64,000 nucleotides of DNA. Origin: Beijerinckiaceae bacterium. Its GTDB lineage: Bacteria > Pseudomonadota > Alphaproteobacteria > Rhizobiales > Beijerinckiaceae. The notes beneath the pieces were generated by a model. That model worked only from the letters and a program-made list of their open reading frames with translations. It did not search any database and was not told where the DNA came from. This document shows, piece by piece, positions 58,145-64,000 of this stretch. A program made the position numbers and the translations under genes. Within the stretch, counting starts at the first letter, position 1. Each line of letters starts with the position of its first letter. The DNA is taken from positions 2,013 through 66,012 of the forward strand of contig DAOMXN010000001.1 in the NCBI GenBank assembly GCA_035437025.1. The letters are read 5' to 3'.

Positions 58145-58162
58145 AAGGAAAACGTTTTCCTT
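58145..58162. promoter_or_regulatory. LacI-type operator (perfect 18-bp palindrome)
   Basis: AAGGAAAACGTTTTCCTT with a central CG, matching the general LacI/GalR operator pattern. Located between the divergent LacI gene and the SBP gene. Confidence 0.6.
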
Positions 58163-58221
58163 CGTTTTCCCTGAAAGTCAAGAACCGGCAATCCGGCATA
58201 TCTCAGCCTAGGGAGGAACAG

Positions 58222-59502
58222 ATGAGCATCCTACGTACACTTGCATGTGCCGCCTTTGCGGCCGTTGTCTCCGCTCTGCCGGCGAAGGCGCAACAACTGA
58301 CTGTTTGGCATGATCTCGGCGACAATGGGATCAAATGGTTTGAGGCGCTGTCAGCGGAGTTCGCCAAGACGAAGCCGGGCGTTACTGTACGTTCGCAGAG
58401 CTTCCCGACCGACCAGTGGTTTGGCCGTGTCATCAGCGCGTTGAACACGGATACTGCGCCGGATCTGATCTTCAACAATTACGAGCGCGTCATCCGCATC
58501 CAGAACCAGACCAGCAAGGTGATGGATCTGAAGGCAATGACCGCTGCGATTGGCGATAAGGCCTTCCTGTCTGAAGACGATATGCGAGTCGCGACCTTTA
58601 AGGGCCGCCAGATCATCATCCCGATCCAGCGCGTTCAGATGGCGCTGGGTGTACGCAAGAGCTGGCTCGACAAGAATGGCGGCAAATTCCCGAACACATG
58701 GGAAGAGGTGAAGACGCTCGCTGCTGCTTTCCGCGACAAGGATCCAGACGGGAACGGCCAAGCCGATACGTTCGGTTTGGCGCTACAGGCCGCCAAGCCC
58801 CGCGATCTCATCCATATGCTCGATCTCTTCATTTTCGGCTCCGGTCTCCGCCACACGCTGATCGACCCCGAGGGCAAGATCACCATCGACCAGCCGGCGC
58901 ATGCGCAGGTGCTGGAGGAGTTCCTGAAGACCTACTCGAGCTACAAGTTTGTCTCGCCCGACACGATCAATCACTCCTTCGCGGAGATGTATCAGATCAT
59001 CGAAGGTGGCCGCGGCGGCATGTTCCGCGTCGGCGACTGGAACGTGCGCAAGTGGGACGGGCCACAGGTGTTGAATGGCGACTTCGTTTCGGGACCCTGG
59101 CCGAAGTTCGCGGCAGATCGTCCGAACGCTGTCGTGATCGGTGGCATGCGCGGTGTCGCGATCCCGGAGAATTCCCCGAATAAGGCTTTGGCTCAGGAGT
59201 TCGCGGCCTTCATGCTGACGAAAGCTGCGCAGCAGGCCTCGCTTGAAAACATTGGTGCCGGCGTGCGCAAGGATCTCGACGTCTCGAAACTTTCGGAGCG
59301 TTCACAGTACTTCGCCAAGGCCGAACACCGGCTGGTCGCTTATGATTTCCCCGAATCGATCCACACCTTCTATCCGGAACTCGAAGCTGCCTTCCATCGC
59401 AAGCTCCTCTCCGGCATTGCCAATCCTCCAGCTGACTGGAAGGCCTTCATTGCCGAAACGGCGAAGGAGATGCGTGACCTCGCGGCCAAGTTGAAGGGCT
59501 GA
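58222..59502 (+). CDS. Sugar ABC transporter substrate-binding protein
   Basis: Signal peptide MSILRTLACAAFAAVVSALPAKA. Family 1 solute-binding pattern. GGGAGGA RBS upstream. Confidence 0.85.
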   Translation: MSILRTLACAAFAAVVSALPAKAQQLTVWHDLGDNGIKWFEALSAEFAKTKPGVTVRSQSFPTDQWFGRVISALNTDTAPDLIFNNYERVIRIQNQTSKVMDLKAMTAAIGDKAFLSEDDMRVATFKGRQIIIPIQRVQMALGVRKSWLDKNGGKFPNTWEEVKTLAAAFRDKDPDGNGQADTFGLALQAAKPRDLIHMLDLFIFGSGLRHTLIDPEGKITIDQPAHAQVLEEFLKTYSSYKFVSPDTINHSFAEMYQIIEGGRGGMFRVGDWNVRKWDGPQVLNGDFVSGPWPKFAADRPNAVVIGGMRGVAIPENSPNKALAQEFAAFMLTKAAQQASLENIGAGVRKDLDVSKLSERSQYFAKAEHRLVAYDFPESIHTFYPELEAAFHRKLLSGIANPPADWKAFIAETAKEMRDLAAKLKG

Positions 59503-59519
59503 TCCCGCTGCACGAAAAT

Positions 59520-59543
59520 CCGCCGGCGAGAAATCGCCGGCGG
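59520..59543 (+). promoter_or_regulatory. Intercistronic GC-rich stem-loop between SBP and permease genes
   Basis: CCGCCGGCGA-GAAA-TCGCCGGCGG, a 10-bp perfect stem with a GNRA loop and no T-tract. Typical position for an mRNA-stabilising or attenuating hairpin downstream of ABC binding-protein genes. Confidence 0.5.
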
Positions 59544-59566
59544 CCCGCCAAACAGGACACGCGCCG

Positions 59567-60457
59567 ATGATGGATGCTCTCGGGGGCCTGTCGCGTGACA
59601 GGGTATTCTATCTCTTTGTCGCCCCCTTCGCCGCACTCACGATCCTGTTCGGCGTCTGGCCGATCCTCTTGTCGATCCAGGTTTCGTTCACGGCGTCGGC
59701 GACCGCCCTCAGGCCAAATCCAACCTATGTCGGGCTGGCCAACTATATCGCCGTTCTCGCTGATCCGATCTTCCTCGCGTCGCTATCGCGGACGCTGCTT
59801 TACACCGTGCTGTCCGTTATCGCGAACCTCGCCTTCGCACTCGGCTTTGCCATCCTGTTCGACTCGTCACTACTCAAGCACGGCAATCTCTTCTTCCGTT
59901 TGGCCATCTTCCTGCCCGTCGTGACGCCGGATGTTGCGGGCTATGTCGTCTGGCGTTGGCTGTATGATCGCTCGTTCGGCGCGATCAATGCCGCTTTGAA
60001 AATGCTAGGGCTTCCGGCCTTCGGTGGCCTCTCCAGCGTGGACACCGCGATGCTGTCGATCCTCATCGCTGAGCTTTGGCATCACGCCGGCTTCTACATG
60101 ATCATCTTCCTTGCCAACCTCTCGATCCGCGACCGGGCGCTGGAGGAAGCCGCGCATATCGACGGTGCCACCACGTGGCAGCGCTGGTGGCATGTGATCC
60201 TGCCGCAGCTTCGGCCGGCACTCGTCATCAACATTGTCTACGCGCTGATCCAGTTCCTCAAGACCTTTACCGTCGTCGTCGTGATGACCAAGGGCGGTCC
60301 GAACGATCAGACGAACTTCGTGAGCTACTACGCCTACCAGTTGTTCGACCAGGCGCGATACGGCGAGGCAACGGCAATGGCGACCATCCTCTTCGCTATC
60401 GTGATCGGGCTTTCGCTGACGGCCTACCGGATAGGCGACAGGGAGCCAGGCAAATGA
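59567..60457 (+). CDS. Carbohydrate ABC transporter permease
   Basis: 296-aa CUT1-type permease (EAAHIDGATTWQRWWHVILP). Confidence 0.85.
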   Translation: MMDALGGLSRDRVFYLFVAPFAALTILFGVWPILLSIQVSFTASATALRPNPTYVGLANYIAVLADPIFLASLSRTLLYTVLSVIANLAFALGFAILFDSSLLKHGNLFFRLAIFLPVVTPDVAGYVVWRWLYDRSFGAINAALKMLGLPAFGGLSSVDTAMLSILIAELWHHAGFYMIIFLANLSIRDRALEEAAHIDGATTWQRWWHVILPQLRPALVINIVYALIQFLKTFTVVVVMTKGGPNDQTNFVSYYAYQLFDQARYGEATAMATILFAIVIGLSLTAYRIGDREPGK

Positions 60458-61299
60458 GCGATGACATTCGCCCCAACCGCCTGCTGCAGATCGGTGCCTA
60501 TGCCGTTGCGATCCTCACAAGTGTGCTGTTCCTCTATCCCTATTGGTGGATGCTTGTGTCGGCTTTTCGTCCGACGCGGGCGATCATGTCCGCGCCCTTG
60601 CGCCCATGGCCGGAGACACTGAGCTTTCAGATTTTCTCGGAGATCGGCCGGATCGGCGGGGTGAATCTGTCGACTTATGCGGTCAATTCGCTGGCAATCA
60701 CAACGCTTTCGACGATCCTGGGCATCATCGTCACCGCGCTCGGAGCCTATGCTCTCGTCCGGAGGCCGAAGGCGCCCGGCTTCGCGCTCGTGCGCTACGG
60801 GTTTCTCATCACGATCATGTACCCCTACATGCTGCTCGTGATCCCGGTTTATCTCGTGATGTTCAAGTTGGGGCTGCTCGGCAGCTATGCCGGCATCATC
60901 CTCTTCCTCGCGCTGGGTCCGCTGCAATTCTTCCTGTTCGAGCAGTTCTTTCGAAAAATCCCGAACGAGGTGATCGAGGCTGCCGTGATTGATGGCGCCA
61001 GTGAATGGCAGATCCTGACGCGCGTCGTCCTACCGATGGCGATGCCGATCACCGCAACGGTTGCGCTCATCACATTCCTGCTCAACTGGGCGCAATGGTT
61101 CCCGATCATGGTGATTTCGCGGTCTCCTGACACGTACACCCTGCCAGTCGCGTTGTTGTCCATGAATAGCGAACTCGGCGCCAACTTTCAGGGGATCATG
61201 GCGCTGGCTGTGCTGATCACTCTGCCCGTTGCGGCGCTGTTCCTGCTGGCGCAAAAACGGGTGATGGAAGGCATGGCAGCGGGCGCGGTGAAAGGATGA
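60454..61299 (+). CDS. Carbohydrate ABC transporter permease
   Basis: Start at ATG 60454 (MSDDIRPNRLLQIG...), inside the longer track ORF. ATGA overlap with the previous gene. EAAVIDGASEWQILTRVVLP. Confidence 0.85.
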   Translation: MSDDIRPNRLLQIGAYAVAILTSVLFLYPYWWMLVSAFRPTRAIMSAPLRPWPETLSFQIFSEIGRIGGVNLSTYAVNSLAITTLSTILGIIVTALGAYALVRRPKAPGFALVRYGFLITIMYPYMLLVIPVYLVMFKLGLLGSYAGIILFLALGPLQFFLFEQFFRKIPNEVIEAAVIDGASEWQILTRVVLPMAMPITATVALITFLLNWAQWFPIMVISRSPDTYTLPVALLSMNSELGANFQGIMALAVLITLPVAALFLLAQKRVMEGMAAGAVKG

Positions 61300-61303
61300 C
61301 GCG

Positions 61304-62470
61304 ATGCTGAAGACGATCGACAGCCGCGAGAAGCTCGCGATCGGGATTGATAATGCCCGCGCAGCCACACTCGATTGGCTCAAGGCGATGCAAGCCGCGG
61401 GCAAGCCGAAGGGCTGCATGCGGATCAGTGCGGTGCATGACGCCGACCGCTGGCCAGGCATCCTGCTGCCTGGAACATATAACGGTATCATGTGTCTCGA
61501 CCTGCTAGGCGGCCTCGCGGACTGGTCTGCGGACGAACGTGCTGCTCTCGGAGCATGGCTTGAAGCGAGCCGTCTCCCTGATGGGCGTTTCAGGGTCGAG
61601 GGCATGCACGAGGCCGACGTCTTCAAGAAGCCAAGCATTGACGAAACCTGGCGCTACATCGATTTCCACGTCACCAACTACACGCTCGGCGCGATCGAGG
61701 CGCTCGCACCGGACCGCCGGCCGATCCTTGAGTTCGCCAAGGACTACCTGGACGAAAAGACGCTGGGCCATTGGCTGAGCCTGCGCGACCTGCGTGACCC
61801 CTGGCAGGAGGGCAACAACATCGTCAATCTGGCCAGCTTTCTGCTGCTTCTGCGCCAGCATGGCAGCGGACATCAGGGCGGCTCCACGTGGCAAGCTGAA
61901 GTGGATCGCGCGCTGGAGCAGCTTTTCGCGTGGCATGACCGCTTGCGGGAGCCGACAACCGGCTTCTGGGGTGTTGGCCAGCTCAGCGACACGACGCAAC
62001 TGCTCCACGCCTTTGCGGGATCGATGCACAATTTCCATATCTGGTATCACGAGAATCGTGCGCTGGAGGGGCAGGATCGTGCGGTCGACTATTGCCTGTC
62101 GTTGCCGCAGCGCATCGACAGTGCCTGTATTGATGTCGACGCCGTCGACGTGCTCGTGCACGGATGGCGACTGACCGATCATCGCCGCAACGACATTGAG
62201 GCGTGGCTCGCGGCGCTTCTGCCAAAGCTGCTTGCATTCCAGAATCCCGATGGCGGCTTTTGCGATGTGCGCAGCGGTGTCCGTCGACAGGACGGCTGGG
62301 TGAACGGCTACGAGGAGCCGCAAGGCCATTCCAACACCTTTGCCACCTGGTTCCGTTGGATCGCCATTGCCATGATTGCGGACGTACTCTGGCCGGGGCG
62401 CTGGAACTGGAAGTTTCGTCGCATGATAGGCATCGGGTACCGGACCGCAAACTGGACTGCGGCGGCATGA
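61304..62470 (+). CDS. Uncharacterised 388-aa protein, possibly alpha/alpha-toroid (prenyltransferase/terpene-cyclase-like repeat) fold
   Basis: Sits inside the sugar operon, 4 nt after the permease gene, with an ATGA overlap with the GH2 gene. Repeat-like motifs WLEASRLPDGRF and LLAFQNPDGGF resemble the Q-x-x-DGGF repeats of toroid-fold proteins. I recognised no family with confidence. Confidence 0.5.
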   Translation: MLKTIDSREKLAIGIDNARAATLDWLKAMQAAGKPKGCMRISAVHDADRWPGILLPGTYNGIMCLDLLGGLADWSADERAALGAWLEASRLPDGRFRVEGMHEADVFKKPSIDETWRYIDFHVTNYTLGAIEALAPDRRPILEFAKDYLDEKTLGHWLSLRDLRDPWQEGNNIVNLASFLLLLRQHGSGHQGGSTWQAEVDRALEQLFAWHDRLREPTTGFWGVGQLSDTTQLLHAFAGSMHNFHIWYHENRALEGQDRAVDYCLSLPQRIDSACIDVDAVDVLVHGWRLTDHRRNDIEAWLAALLPKLLAFQNPDGGFCDVRSGVRRQDGWVNGYEEPQGHSNTFATWFRWIAIAMIADVLWPGRWNWKFRRMIGIGYRTANWTAAA

Positions 62471-64000
62471 CTGCCCATCCGGCGGACGACCCTTTCGCAC
62501 ATCTGCACGATGAGGACTATGCGCGGCCGTTTGAGCAGCGCATGGCAACTTCGAAAACGCTCGTGACGCTGGCGGGCCGCAAGACCATTTCGCTGGACGG
62601 CCAATGGCGCATGACTCTCGATCTCTTCGATGAAGGACTGCGGCAGCGTTGGTTTGCACTCGACGAGATGCCGCCTTCGCAATGGGCGACACCGCGCGAC
62701 TACGAGATCGAGGCCGGAGAGCTTGTGCCGGTGCCATCCTGCTGGAACGTACTCAAACCGGAATGGACCTACTTTGAAGGTGCTGCGTGGTACACGCGCT
62801 GGTTCGATTGGCAGCCGGGCGAGGCGGATGAGCGAACCATCCTGTCGTTCGGCGCGGCGAACTACGCGGCGCTCGTGTTCCTCAATGGCGCGCATGTTGG
62901 CGGGCATCGCGGCGGCTCGACACCCTTTTGCATCGAAGTCTCGGCGCACCTCAATCCCGGTCGCAACCGCCTGCAGGTCTATGTCGAGAATCGCCGCCGG
63001 CCTGACCGGGTACCAATGCACCATATCGATTGGTTCAACTATGGCGGGTTGTATCGGGAGGTTGCGATCGCGCGCCTGCCACAGGTCTTCATCCGCCGCG
63101 CCAGCGCCATCCTGCTGCAGGATCGCAAGAGCATTCGCTTCGACATCGCGCTCAGCGATCCCATCGAAGGAGAGGCGCGGGTGAGCATCGCCGAGCTCGC
63201 ACTTGACGTGACCCTGCCGGTGAAAGGCGGCGTGGGCAGCGTCGTGATCCCTGCATCGCCAGAACTCTGGTCAACGGAATCGCCAAGGCTTTACGATGTG
63301 CGGTTTGCGTTCGCGAACGACGTGGTGACAGAGCGCATCGGTTTCCGGACCATTGCCACGCGAGGCACAGATATCCTGCTCAACGGGAGCGTTATCTGGC
63401 TGAAGGGCGTTTGCGTTCACGAGGATGATCTTGAACGAGGCAAGGTCTCCTCCGAAGCGGACATCCGCCGCCGTTTCCGACATGCGAAAGAGCTTGGCTG
63501 CAATTTTCTCAGGCTCGCACACTATCCCCATCACGACCTGGTCGCCTGCATTGCTGACGAGGAGGGCTTGCTGCTCTGGTCCGAGATCCCGGTGTATTGG
63601 GCAATCGATTTTGCCAATCCCGACACACTCGCGGATGCGCGTAACCAGCTTTCCGAGCTCATCCTCCGGGACATCAACCGCGCAAGCGTCATCATCTGGG
63701 GCGTGGGAAATGAAAACGCAGACACGGATGCCCGGCTTGCCTTCATGGGCGAGTTGGCTGCAACAGCAAAGCAGCTTGACCCTTCTCGGCTGACATCGGC
63801 CGCCTGCCTCATCAACCGCGAACACTTCATGATCGAGGATCGGCTTGCCGGTCATCTCGATGTGATCGGCCTCAACGAGTATTTTGGCTGGTACGAGCCG
63901 GACTTTTCCGGACTGGACCGGCTCCTTGCCAATTCGAACCCAGACAGGCCCGTGATCATCAGCGAGACCGGCGCGGATGCAGCGCCCGGACATCGCGGGG
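62467..64000 (+). CDS. Glycoside hydrolase family 2 enzyme (beta-glucuronidase/beta-galactosidase-like), 3'-truncated by window edge
   Basis: Not in the ORF track because no stop is reached. My translation from ATG 62467: MTAHPADDPF...FLNGAHVGGHRGGSTPF...DWFNYGGLYREV...LRLAHYPH...IIWGVGNEN (acid/base)...IISETGAD (nucleophile region). This follows the GH2 sugar-binding, Ig-like and TIM-barrel order. Confidence 0.8.
   Translation, partial: MTAHPADDPFAHLHDEDYARPFEQRMATSKTLVTLAGRKTISLDGQWRMTLDLFDEGLRQRWFALDEMPPSQWATPRDYEIEAGELVPVPSCWNVLKPEWTYFEGAAWYTRWFDWQPGEADERTILSFGAANYAALVFLNGAHVGGHRGGSTPFCIEVSAHLNPGRNRLQVYVENRRRPDRVPMHHIDWFNYGGLYREVAIARLPQVFIRRASAILLQDRKSIRFDIALSDPIEGEARVSIAELALDVTLPVKGGVGSVVIPASPELWSTESPRLYDVRFAFANDVVTERIGFRTIATRGTDILLNGSVIWLKGVCVHEDDLERGKVSSEADIRRRFRHAKELGCNFLRLAHYPHHDLVACIADEEGLLLWSEIPVYWAIDFANPDTLADARNQLSELILRDINRASVIIWGVGNENADTDARLAFMGELAATAKQLDPSRLTSAACLINREHFMIEDRLAGHLDVIGLNEYFGWYEPDFSGLDRLLANSNPDRPVIISETGADAAPGHRG

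Overview
High-G+C (judged by eye, not computed) alphaproteobacterial-type chromosomal segment. Gene content suggests a Rhizobiales-like organism, but that is inference only. 1-20.9 kb is mostly housekeeping: ispG (5' truncated), purS-purQ, fdxA, chorismate mutase-hisC-tyrC, metX-metW, carD, rpoH, an M48 lipoprotein protease, RidA and ompW. It ends with an ABC importer plus amidohydrolase, divergent from an FAD-oxidase / flavodoxin-like reductase / creatininase-family operon. tRNA-Arg(CCT) at 20964-21040 marks a switch to accessory-looking catabolic DNA. First comes a sugar-acid operon (SDR, an IclR::SMP-30 lactonase fusion, an epimerase-fold dehydrogenase, a sugar ABC transporter, an enolase-superfamily dehydratase, a DapA-like enzyme) with divergent dgoK-dgoA. 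Next are an orphan MotA/MotB-like stator pair, gpmI and tRNA-Ser(CGA) at 36324-36413. After that tRNA lie a DUF1080-like secreted protein, a LysR regulator, an IS3-family (IS407-like) element with a damaged orfA, an RND pump with no outer-membrane factor, and an arsR-permease-thioredoxin-like-acr3-arsC operon with arsC frameshifted. The RND and ars modules are bracketed by two near-identical ~45-55 bp direct repeats that look like IS-end remnants. 47.8-56.6 kb holds a GntR regulator, a 754-aa uncharacterised PHP-like protein, a noc/occ-type amino-acid ABC transporter (P-T-Q-M order), ornithine cyclodeaminase, arginase and Lrp. 57.1-64 kb holds a LacI-controlled sugar ABC system, an uncharacterised alpha/alpha-toroid-like protein and a GH2 glycosidase that runs off the window and is absent from the ORF track. 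I saw no rRNA, CRISPR array, integrase, or recognisable phage or defence genes. Many long ORFs in the track are GC-driven shadow ORFs and were not called. The best candidates for something undescribed are the PHP-like protein in an opine-like arginine-catabolic context, the IclR::lactonase fusion, the repeat-bracketed RND+ars module, the N-heterocycle locus, and the toroid-like protein in the GH2 cluster. All functional assignments rest on motif recognition by eye. No database search was run.
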